Positions 44,712-57,172 of a stretch of 64,000 bases of DNA are shown piece by piece (positions within the stretch are counted from its first letter, which is position 1; the number at the start of each line of letters is the position of its first letter). The position numbers and the translations under genes were made by a program. The DNA comes from the human T2T-CHM13v2.0 reference genome, Homo sapiens, in the NCBI RefSeq assembly GCF_009914755.1, contig NC_060943.1; one strand, given 5' to 3'. The notes beneath the pieces are model-generated. The model ran no database searches. It worked only from the letters and a program-made list of their open reading frames with translations, and was not told the origin of the DNA.

Positions 44712-46823
44712 GTTCGTTTTGACAATGTGTGGCAAGTACTTACATGTCAAAAGTGTGTTTTAGTTCTTGAGATGTAATAGAAGCTAGTCATTTTTTGAAT
44801 ATTTACTAGATTTTGAGGAAATATATTGATTTGGCTTGGATATTTTCAGCTCTAATTGCTGTATGGAGCTGAATTTTCTGTACATGAATTCAAGCAATAT
44901 CATAAAACTTCATTTGGGATTCTAGTGATGTGTTCAGGGTTTATAATTATGTTGACTAGAAAAATAACGTGAATATATTAAAGTGAAATGTTTCTTGTGT
45001 AGAGTAGATGTATTCATAGAAGTCATAAAATCATTTGGAGAAAACATCTCATTGGCCTGATTTGCCCTTGAAAATAGTAAGATTGTCTTTGAATTGAAAT
45101 AGTTATTACTATTTCAGAGGTCTGAAAGACAGAGCTCTTGATACAAAAATGAGATGTAATTATTCTTAGAAGTTAAAATCATATTTAATAGTACTCTGCA
45201 GTTATGTCATCTTTTGAGATTTGATATTATGAACTAATTTTACTTAATTTTAATTGTAATCAGTATTTTCTATGGCTAAAAGTGTTTTATCTCATGAAGC
45301 TTGTATGTTCCTGTGGTGTTGAAGATTAGTCATGGGTCTTAAGGCATAAAGGCCAATTTTAGAAACCTAAGAAAAATTTGTGTGTACATATTTTGAAACT
45401 TTGGTTGAATCAGACATCTAAATACACTAAAATGAAGCTAGTATATTTAGATTCTTGGGATTCTTATAAACATTAGTCTCTTGGGTTTTGTGATATTTAA
45501 AGGGTAACTTTTCATATTTTCATTGTTATTGTTATGCTAGTGATTTGGGAAGTTTGATTAGTGCACAGAGGCTAAATAAAGAGCCCTTGGAATGGGAATT
45601 GTTATCCTCTTGAGTAAAGTCCACATGTAATGGGTGTGATAAGACAGCTGCTTAGGGAAGACACTGTGTTGAGTATTCAGTATTCTTAGTCCTCACCACA
45701 CCTTATGAGATGGGGATATAATTTCCCCTATTTAATAGATTAAGAGATTTTGACTCAAGGAATTTGACTTGCCTGAGGATTCACAGCCAGCCAATAAATA
45801 CATAAAGAACTATGCTCTCAGTATTTTTTCTTCTGTTCTGTGATGCCTCTGAATTTTAGACCAGGGTGATATCTTCTCAGTTCAAAGCAGGAAGCCTTGC
45901 TGAAATCTAGAGACTAGGATATAGTCTCAGGAAAAATACAAATCGTAACAGGAAAAACTTGGATTGTATTGCCTTATTTGAAGAAACAGCATATGTGAGA
46001 GAGTGGTGCATATGAAGAGAGTTTGGCAAAGGGGAGTGAAAAAGAGTCATCCAGGTTTTTCTGAAGTGTTAATGAAACAGCTTTTTTTTTTTTTTTTTTT
46101 TAATTGAGACAGGGTCTCACTCTGTCACCAAGGCTGGAGTGCAGTGGCATGATCTTGGCTTACTGCAGCCTCTGCGTCCCGGGTTCAAGTGATCCCGCCA
46201 CCTCAGGCTCCCGAGTACCTGGGACGACTTTAGGTGTGCGCCACCATGCCTGGCTAATTTTTTGTGTTTTTGGTGGAGATGGGGTTTTGCCACGTTGCCC
46301 GGGCTGGTCACAAACTCCTGAGCTCAGGCAATCTGCTTGCCTCAACCTACTAAATTGCTTGGGACTACAGGCATGAGCCACCATGCCCAGCCTAAAACAG
46401 TTTTCTTAAATTGCTCGTCTTTTGGCCTGGATTCTGTGTTTGTCCAGCAACCTTCTCTTTACTGATGAATGGAACCAGGAAAGGGTTGCCATTGTCAGTG
46501 AGTGGAATTGAGATTCCGGTGTATACAACTGAGTCTCCGGTGCCTTTGTTTAGGCTGGAGTGAGTTCCTAGAAGCTGGTGATTCTTGGTGTTCTTGTCAG
46601 ACTCATTACTGGACCAGAGGAGCTGATGATGAGACCCCACCCCCTACTTAACCCACCTCCATGCTACTGTGAGGTCCTAGCTGACTGGTCTTTCCCTCAG
46701 CAACCTCTTGTTCTAGTCGAAAGTCTATAGTATTATAAACACGTGAAAGTATTGTTCTGAAAGTAATGCTTCAAAATAGTCAATTTGTGGAGAAACTTGT
46801 TAAATTGTTTAAATTATTGGCAG

Positions 46824-46917
46824 GATGACCCATCTGCAATGGATTTTGTCACCTCTGCTGCAAACCTCAGGATGCATATTTTCAGTATGAATATGAAGAG
46901 TAGATTTGATATCAAAT
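46824..46917 (+). CDS. UBA2: UBA2 exon 11 (DDPSAMDFVTSAANLRMHIFSMNMKSRFDIK)
   Basis: ttggcag / gtaagt; 94 nt; DFV..AANLR E1 motif. Confidence 0.96.
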
Positions 46918-47007
46918 GTAAGTTATTTGTACTAAAGTTGTATCACTAAAACCTTGAAGTTGTTTTTTAAACAGTGAAACATACTCATCCTTTTTTTTTT
47001 TTCCCAG

Positions 47008-47120
47008 CAATGGCAGGGAACATTATTCCTGCTATTGCTACTACTAATGCAGTAATTGCTGGGTTGATAGTATTGGAAGGATTGAAGATTTTATCAGGAA
47101 AAATAGACCAGTGCAGAACA
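47008..47120 (+). CDS. UBA2: UBA2 exon 12 (SMAGNIIPAIATTNAVIAGLIVLEGLKILSGKIDQCRT)
   Basis: T12-cccag / gtgagt; 113 nt; AGNIIPAIATTNA motif; preceded by a 90-nt intron. Confidence 0.97.
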
Positions 47121-48199
47121 GTGAGTATTTCTGTTTGCATTTTTATGCAACCCCCCTTAAAAAAATCATTAATTAAAAGTACATTAAACAGATAATTTTT
47201 AAAATGAAAACAATAAAATTGGTTTAAAGCAATGGAAAAGTAATTTTTCTGGTTACCAAGTGAGTGTGTGTTTAAGCTTCCTGGAAATTGCAACAAAAAG
47301 GAAAAATTAAGAAGTTGCTTTTGCTTTTAACATTTCCAATTTTACTGAATTCTTCGAAGAATTCATTGTGCGGTCCTTATACTAAGAAGATGTTTCAACT
47401 GTTTTTCAATTCTGAGAGTGCTATATGGGTTTTAAAATTTGCTTGGTCATTTTATAGTCCCCTGTTCAGTCATTCTCCTATTGAGTCATTCTTTTCAATT
47501 TTATTGTATAGTTTTTGATAATGTTAATGTCTGAGATCTTTATGGGTGAGTCTGCTGTCATTTCTGCTATTTCTCGTAGTGATTTGCTTGTATGGTTTAT
47601 GATTTTTTAAAAACTGAATGTGTATTAGAATTGTGTCTGGTAATTCTTTAGGGACCCATTGTAGATGTATTTCTTCAAAGAGCATTTGTGGTTATTATAT
47701 TTGGGTGCTTGGGGCACTGCCAATACAGGACCACTTTTAAATTAGGATTTTCAATACCTATGTATTCAGACCACAAACCTGCACGTGCCCTATGTTATTG
47801 TCATGAATTATATGGGAAGATACTCCTCCCCCTCCACTAAGCACCAAGTTTAAGATCATTTTTATGGAGAAAGTATTTTTCTCCTCTCTTTTCAGGTCCT
47901 TGCTTTGTGTAAGGGTCTCCTGTTTTAAGAGTTCCTACCTTAGTGGTGGGTGGGGTAGGTGTATCTCTTAAGGCTAACACTACTTGGATGTTCTCTTTGG
48001 ATTCCTTCCTTCGATGTTGTGTCTGCAGACACTTCGCTTTCTTACCAGCTCAAGAAGGCTTCCTAGGAAATACTAGCCAATACTTTGACTGTTGTTTAGG
48101 TTCTCCTTTTTATCATTGAAATAAAAAGACCTGTTTACCTTCAGAAATTTCAAAAAATATCTAGTTTGCAATGGTACTGTTATTTTGCAGTGTCATTGA

Positions 48200-48370
<171 letters not shown>

Positions 48371-48624
48371 TAATTTTTGTATTTTTAGTAGAGACGGGTT
48401 TCACTATGTTGGTTAGGCTGGTCTCGAACTCCTGACCTCATGATCCGCCCACCTCGGCCTCCCAAAGTGCTGGGATTACAGGCATACAGGCATGAGCCAC
48501 TGCGCCCGGCCTTTTTTTTTTAAACTGATGGGGTCTTGCTATGTTGTCCAGGTTGGTCCTGAACTCCTGGGCTCAAGCAGTCCTCCCACCTTGGCCCCCC
48601 AAAGTGCTGGGATTACAGGTGTGA

Positions 48625-48960
<336 letters not shown>

Positions 48961-49106
48961 TGAGCTATTGCGCCCAGCCTCGATGCACTCTTAAAATATT
49001 TTATTTTCATGAAATTTCAGTTTGAAGGAACAGAATCAAATTGCCCAGTCTGCCATCTTGATTTAGTTTTCTATTTAAACTTTTATTGTATATGTTATAT
49101 TTTTAA

Positions 49107-49436
<330 letters not shown>

Positions 49437-49736
49437 TAAATTATTTAAAAAAAATTTTTTATAGCAGCCTGAAGCTGTAGTATCCCTTTGAGCTCACCAA
49501 CAGTACTAATTACTGAACTTATTAAAATGTCTGTTATTTCCCATCACATCCTTCCGGTTTCTTTGCCTGCTTAGCTCCATGCCACTCTTGGACTATTAAT
49601 AGTAATATATCTGGCCGGGCACGATGGCTCACACGTGTAATCCCAGCTCTTTGGGAGGCCGAGGCAGGCAGATCACCTGAGATTGGAAGTTCGAGACTAG
49701 CCTGACTAACGTGGAGAAACCTGGTCTCTACTAAAA

Positions 49737-49744
<8 letters not shown>

Positions 49745-49790
<46 letters not shown>
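49745..49790. repeat. (AT)23 microsatellite in an Alu A-rich linker
   Basis: Direct reading: A-run followed by uninterrupted atat... Confidence 0.95.
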
Positions 49791-49797
<7 letters not shown>

Positions 49798-49833
49798 GCT
49801 GGGCATGGTGGTGCATGTTTGTAATCCCAGCTA

Positions 49834-49941
<108 letters not shown>

Positions 49942-50850
49942 TCAAGAAAAAATATAGTAATATATCTGGATTTCATTTTTTTACATTTGCAAATGAATTC
50001 CAGCCTGGATTAATGTTAGCCCAGGTATTAATAGTGGTAGCAATTGCTTTTATTATTGTCAGTTTCCCTTAGCACACTTACCTTCCCGGTGAAGCCCAAA
50101 ATCAAACAAATCTTTCTCCCTCTGTAGCCTGCTTGGCCTGGGCAGTTTGCTTCTAGCCCTTCCACCTACCAGTATTCATTGTACGGAGAAGCTATTTTAC
50201 AGAGGAGGGCTTTAGTGTCTCTTGAGGGATTTAGTTCTGTATTCTCAGGGGAATCCGTAGAGTACTCCTTTAGAATTCATTCCTCTTAGCAGACTCAACA
50301 CTACATTGTAGTCACAAGATAAAGGTTTGTGTCTCAGCTTCTTGTCTTCTGACATTTGTTGTTTCTGTTGGATCTTGCTAGTGTTTTCTAAACTTTAGTA
50401 GAAGCAGGAGCTTGGAGCTTTTCTTAATTTCAGTGTAATTTGTATATTTGCCTTGGTTCTTAATTATTTTTTTGTTTAGTATTAGAGAAATGGTAAATAG
50501 GTACATATACTGCCAGAAATACATTTTTTTCCCTCATTATATAAATGTTATTCTAATCAGAAAATTTGGGAAGGCAGTGATGTTGATTCTAGACAACTGT
50601 GAAAGGCACTATCGTTAACTGGAGAAATTAATGTGTTGGTCTTGTCAGGAGATTGCTTGCTTGATAAGAATAGCCTCAGGGAGGGACACCAGCTGCTGAT
50701 ACAGTGATGGCACCACAGATTAACATGCCTGTGCCCTTACTCTTGCCAAATCAGGTTGCAGAAGAACGCGGAGTCTTATATAATACAAGGAGATGTCTTT
50801 TCAGCAAGCCTAGCTAGCCTAGCCTTTAGCTGATTAGAAAAGAAGGTTGA

Positions 50851-51162
50851 GGCCGGGCGCGGTGGCTCACGCCTGTAATCCCAGCACTTTGGGAGGCCGA
50901 GGCGGGCGGATCACGAGGTCAGGAGATCGAGACCATCCTGGCTAACACGGTGAAACCCCGTCTCTACTAAAAAAAAAATACAAAAAATTAGCCGGGCGAG
51001 GTGGCGGGCGCCTGTAGTCCCAGCTACTCGGGAGGCTGAGGCAGGAGAATGGCGTGAACCCCAGGGGGCGGAGCCTGCAGTGAGCCGAGATTGCGCCACT
51101 GCACTCCAGCCTGGGCGACAGCAAGACTCCATCTCAAAAAAAAAAAAAAAAAAAAAAAAAAA
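50851..51162 (+). mobile_element. Young AluY (Ye-like), full length with TSD
   Basis: Near-intact CpGs, long poly-A, TSD aaaagaaggttga (50838-50850 / 51159-51171). Confidence 0.9.
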
Positions 51163-51338
51163 GAAGGTTGAAAAACCAGGTTCCTAAAAAGGTCATGATT
51201 TTCCTGATCCATTTTGCCATCTGGACGGGAATTTTTAAGTCATTTTTTATTGGATATCTGGTAAACGAGATTTTAGATTGTATGGCGTATAAAATTACAG
51301 CACGTTTCCGATTTCTGCCTGTTATTTCTCCTCCAAAG

Positions 51339-51494
51339 ATTTTTTTGAATAAACAACCAAACCCAAGAAAGAAGCTTCTTGTGCCTTGTGCACTGGATCC
51401 TCCCAACCCCAATTGTTATGTATGTGCCAGCAAGCCAGAGGTGACTGTGCGGCTGAATGTCCATAAAGTGACTGTTCTCACCTTACAAGACAAG
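51339..51494 (+). CDS. UBA2: UBA2 exon 13 (IFLNKQPNPRKKLLVPCALDPPNPNCYVCASKPEVTVRLNVHKVTVLTLQDK): second Zn CxxC
   Basis: ctccaaag / gtcagt; 156 nt; C441/C444 by exon count. Confidence 0.96.
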
Positions 51495-53039
51495 GTCAGT
51501 GCAAGGCCTGGGTCTCTTTTCCTTTTGCTTTTACAGTATTACTGTGATGACAAACAAACACTAGCTGCTGATTCTGAAAAGGTCCAACTGCAGAGATGTG
51601 TGGCTGTGATTTCCTGGGTTATTTTGCCTTCTGGATTCCTGCAGGCTTTTCTGTCTGTGGTTCCAGAATAAGTGCCTCACATTCCCAGAATGGAGTAGGA
51701 GTATTTGACTGGAATCTGCAGCACAGTGGTGGCACAGTATCACAGCAAGCAGAGGACTTCTTTGCTCTTTGCTTCCCAGGCAGTGGGTAAATTCTGTATT
51801 TTTTGACAAATAACAGGTATCCTTGAATGGTCCTCACTGTGGCAGTGAGCAGATAAGTATTTGCATGCAGTGCAAAGTTTGCATTTCCAGTAGAGCAAAG
51901 CCCCAGTTACCAGCTTTGTATTAAAGGGTATAAGTAACTTGCAGAGTTTTGGTTTCTCTGCGTGTTGGACAGTGCCCACTCCCAGCAAATTAGGGGGCTT
52001 TTGTTATTTCTGAGGTCTGAGTTGAGGCTAAGTGGTGGTACACACTTATCTAATATGACCTGATTCTGATATGGTAAGTTAGTCCCTGAGGACATAGGGC
52101 ATTTGCACACCTGGATTCACCTCTGGAGCTGAAGCGAGGGAAGAAATGGGGGTTTAGGACATGGTCTGGTCCTTAAGTTCCTGTTAAATTGGCTAGATTT
52201 GTGTATTAGGGGAGATTTTCTTTTTTTATGACCCAAAAGTGTCACTTTCCACTTTGGGATCACTTCCTATTGTTCTCTGGTTGTGACCATCATAATGCTA
52301 CATATTTACATGCCTCTTGAGAGAGGAGGAAGTGGCCCTTCTCAAATAGCAGTGCTGCCTGATAGGGAATGGCCTTTCTTCCAGAAACTGGTTAGGCAGG
52401 ACGGATTGATTTGAGCTTATGTTTTGGTCAAGGAAGTGGCAGGTACAGCAGCGGGTGGTTGCCCCAGTTTCTTTTCTAGGAAATAATTATCTTTGGTATC
52501 TCCTGATTCTTGAGCTTCAAGGTTATTCCTCTATTTGTAGGATTCTTAGACCTATAGAGAGTTCCTCCTTTTTTCCTTCTTTCTTTTTTAGGAGCTGGTA
52601 GGATTTAACAGAATATTATCACTTCTCTAAATGCATGGAACGGGGAGACTTATCTGAGAGTCAGGTTAATGAGAACTGATTCCATCTATGAAACCCCTGC
52701 CATTACAGGGTTGGCACAGAGACTGAAATGAAATATGTCAAGTGTGTAGCTCACTACCTAACCTGCAGGGAAAGACAAAGTAGCAAGAGCCAGCCAGGGA
52801 GTTCCTAGTCCCCTGTTGAGATGAAGTTGGATCTGATCTGCATCAGTGGTCAGATGTGGGGATGGAACTCAGGTGAATCCCCACGGCTTTCCTGCTTGCT
52901 CTAAGGGATCTTGAAGAGTGACTTCGCCGGTTTCCAATAAATAGAAGGGGAAAGTAAGAGCCTTTATAGAAGTCTAGGATTTCTTATGATCTTTAATTAC
53001 CTACGTTAATATTTTGAATCCTTTTTTTTTTTTTTGTAG

Positions 53040-53136
53040 ATAGTGAAAGAAAAATTTGCTATGGTAGCACCAGATGTCCAAATTGAAGATGGGAAAGGAA
53101 CAATCCTAATATCTTCCGAAGAGGGAGAGACGGAAG
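53040..53136 (+). CDS. UBA2: UBA2 exon 14 (IVKEKFAMVAPDVQIEDGKGTILISSEEGETE), ubiquitin-fold domain
   Basis: T14-gtag / gtatca; 97 nt. Confidence 0.95.
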
Positions 53137-54224
53137 GTATCATACATTGTATTTATTCATTCCTCTCATTGAGGAGACTGCTTGAAGAGTGCACATTAGT
53201 TGATTCATTTACTGTATGTGATACTCAGTATTGCAGAGAGTGGCAGTGTTTGGTCATGAAGGTGCTCTTTCAAGGTGACATTGCTGGGGGTCATCACACT
53301 TCCATGTTTGGGAACTCCATGTCAGACATTTTCAGGGACTGCAGTGCTCTTGTCCACTTCCAAGGAACCTCCTTGCCGATATCATGGATCCTGGGAGCTA
53401 ACCTTGTGATGAGAAGACTATTCTGTCTGTCAGATCACAGTGGGTAGGGTTCTAAGGCATTTGGAGATTTTTCTCCAAGAGTGGGGAAGCCTTGGTAGCC
53501 TGTTCCTACTATATAGCAGAAAGATTATTGAAATTCAGTGCCCGGTTTTGGCTTTCTGATCTTTCCTTTCAAAAGTTCAAGCAGTTCATCCCTTTTGCTA
53601 ACACATTTGCTATACAAGGTACAATACATTTGATTCTGTTGAAGCTTTCATAGTAAGGATTGCATCGTAGTTATTCCTCCTTCAGACTGTACTCGTTGAT
53701 CCTATACCTCCTTGGTCACTTTTGCAGCTCATTTCTTGAGTTGCTGTTCTCGTTTTTTCCATGTCCCAGTTTTTGCCAGTGTACTGTTATTTTCGAAGGT
53801 TTCTAGGCCCTGTGTTTCCCTGTATATTGACTTAATTCATACCTATTTGTCCATTGGTCATTTATTCATACTTTGTGAGGTCCTGATGGCGATTCAGATG
53901 TTAAGCCTTCTTTAAATTCAGGTTTAGTGTCAAGGTTCTTCTTGGTTGTAGTTGCTTGTTGAGAAATTTTTTGGGCTATTAGGTCATGTGTAATTGGAGG
54001 CCATGTTTTGGCTGTGTGGTGCTCTATTTTAGGAGTCTACTTGAGTATTCAAGCCTCATTCTAGCCAGCTGACTTTTAAAAAAATGTTTGTTTGTGATTA
54101 TATGCTGTCCCTTAGTTGTAGCCAGCTCTTTCAAATGCTAGCTTAAAAATGGAAACTGGTCAGGAATTTCAGTGGCTTCAGCGTGACCCTTCTGTACGGA
54201 ATACATGTGGTATGGAGGGTGAGA

Positions 54225-55040
54225 CAGCACTTACCAGAATATGTGTGGAGTCCTGTATGACAGGCATAGTTTTGGGTATTCATAAGTCAAGGATGAATAA
54301 GACAACAGACCTTGGCTTGAAGTGCCTTGCAGCCTGGAAGAAGGGAGATTGTCAACAGCTGGATTGAGCATCGTCCAAGGAAAACTAGAAAGAGTGTGTA
54401 CACAGTATGAATCTAAGGAAAGTATATTCAGCTTTGTGAAACGGAGGGGGAGTAATAGGAGAGGGAGTACTCTTGGGTCAGTTTTTGAAGTAGTAGTGAG
54501 GACTCCCTGGACAAAGAAGAGAGCATTTAGACAGAATGAACATCTGTCTACAAAGGTGTGAACTTGTGAAACAACCTAAACTGCCTTGGGAGTGGCCCAT
54601 TATTTGGTTTCGCTGGAAGTTGGGGTGCTGAGGGGTTGGCAGCAGTGGTGAGGTTGAAGTCTTTCTTGTCACATGTGCAGTGTGTGTCTTCCTCCTCTCC
54701 CTTGACCCCTACCCTCCAGAGGAAGGGGCAGTATTTCACTGCCACCTGCCACCAGGGTTTAAACAGGGGAGTAGCAGGGAGCTATTAGGGAGGAGGGGAT
54801 TGAGGGATTTTTACTAAGGCAGAGGCAGGTGATAGATTTGAGATTTGCAAAGTCAGAACTTGGAGCCCAGTTGAGGAATAGCATTACAATGTTAGCAGCG
54901 TTGTTAGGCGAGCACAAGACTTCACAGGTGATGCTAGTTCACCAAAATGTGAACCCACATTAACTGGTTTTCCTTTTGAATGTGATGGTTCCAAGAGGTT
55001 TGCAGTCAGTGGAGATGTGTGAAAGGGCTTGGAGGTGGAA
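54225..55040 (-). mobile_element. L2 relic
   Basis: caggcatagttttgggta...gatgaataagacaacagacc; purine-rich reverse-L2 pattern. Confidence 0.5.
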
Positions 55041-55518
55041 ATCTGGGTAAGAATGCCAAGGGCATTCCTGGTAGATTAAAATGGTAAAGCAAGCAACAGA
55101 TCTGGAAAAGAACTAGGAGAAACTGTTAGTATTTTCTGGGTGTCAACGTAGGGAAAGGCGTTCTAAGCGTTTTCCTTATAAATAATGAAAAAATGTTAAA
55201 AAGCCAAAAAAAAAGTGGGGGGAGACTGAAAATTGAGATTATATAGAAAATTGGGCTTGGTGCACTGGCTCACACCTCTAATCCTAGCACTTTGAGGGGC
55301 CGAGGCGGGCAGATCACTTGAGGCCAGGAGTTTGAGACCAGCCTGGCCAACATGGCAAAACCTCATCTCTTGTAAAAATACAAAAATTAGGCCGGGCGTT
55401 GTAGCTGTAATGCCAGCACTTTGGGAGGCCGAGGTGGGTGGATCACCTGAGGTCAGGAGTTGGAGACCAGCTTGGCCAATATGGCAAAACCCTGTCTCTA
55501 CTAAAAATACAAAAATTA

Positions 55519-55693
<175 letters not shown>

Positions 55694-55914
55694 TTAGGCA
55701 TGGTGGTGCACACCTGTAGTCCCAGCTATTCTGGAGGCTGAGGTAGGAAGACTGCTCAAGTCTGGGATGCACTCTGGCCTGTGTGACACGGTGAGACCCT
55801 GTCTTTAAAAAAAATTGATTTGAATGGGGAAAAGTTTTCAGAATTTCTCAGTTTGGTCCCCCTGAAGTAGTTTCGGTAGTTAAGTGTTTTAAGACTGAAT
55901 TCCCAGCGTTTTAA

Positions 55915-56510
55915 TGTTTTAGGGTACTAGGGCCTCCATAACAAATACCACAACCCAGGTGGCTTAAACAACAGAAATTTATATTCTCACAGTTCTGGAG
56001 GCTGGAACACCAAGATGAAGGTGCTGGCAGGTTTGTTTTATTTTAAAACCTCTCTCCTTTGCTTGCAGATAGCTGCCTTTCTGTTGTGTCACATAGCCTT
56101 TCCTCTAGGGGTGCACATCCCTGATGTCTCTGTCCAGATTTTGGGATTGATTGATTGATTGATTGACTGGAGACAGAGTCCTAAAAATTTTTTTTGCTGC
56201 TCTGTTGCCTAGCAGGCTGGAGTGCAGTGGTACAGTCACACGCCTCACTGTGTAACTCCTGGGCTTCAGGAATCAATCCTTCCCTGGCCTCCCAAAGTGC
56301 TGAGATTATAGATGTGAGCTACTGTGCCTGCCTTCCTCCTCCTATAAGGACATCAGTCAGATCAGATTAGAGCCCACCCTACTTGCCCATTTAAATTTAA
56401 TCATTCCTTTAAAAAGTCTTATCTCCAAATACAATCAGATTCTGAGATACTGGGGATTAGGGTTTCAACCTTTGGATTTTGGTGAACGGGACACAAATCA
56501 GCCCATAACA
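55915..56510 (-). mobile_element. MLT1A/B-type MaLR LTR with an inserted Alu monomer (about 56143-56332)
   Basis: ccataacaaataccaca...ggcttaaacaacagaaatttat.ttctcacagttctggaggctgg...gggacacaaatcagcccataaca. Confidence 0.8.
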
Positions 56511-56590
56511 GAGGTTTAGCTTTTTAAAAAATGAACCTGACTGCTCTATGAAGATGTAACTGAAGTATCTAAATTATTCACGTTTCCTAG

Positions 56591-56696
56591 CTAATAATCA
56601 CAAGAAGTTGTCAGAATTTGGAATTAGAAATGGCAGCCGGCTTCAAGCAGATGACTTCCTCCAGGACTATACTTTATTGATCAACATCCTTCATAG
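56591..56696 (+). CDS. UBA2: UBA2 exon 15 (ANNHKKLSEFGIRNGSRLQADDFLQDYTLLINILHS)
   Basis: ttcctag / gtaaga; 106 nt. Confidence 0.95.
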
Positions 56697-56878
56697 GTAA
56701 GAGCTATTAGTATTTTAATTGTAAGAAATTATTTGAATATATAAACTTTAGACAAAATGAAGGAAAAGTGTTTTCTTATCCTTAAACCCTGCTGTTCATT
56801 TGAAACTGTATAGTATATTTGGTTGAGTTGGTCACTGAGTTCCGTGATGTTTGACCTACAGAAAAATTTGAGGATTCA

Positions 56879-57172
<294 letters not shown>

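Noticed and set aside
46918-47007. 90-nt intron 11 (multiple of 3) as an in-frame retained intron
   Set aside because: Contains an in-frame TAA (…tat cac taa), so it cannot add residues
51544-51576. Box C (GTGATGA) and box D (CTGA) motifs suggesting an intronic snoRNA
   Set aside because: Spacing is only about 30 nt, with no terminal stem or distal D box visible
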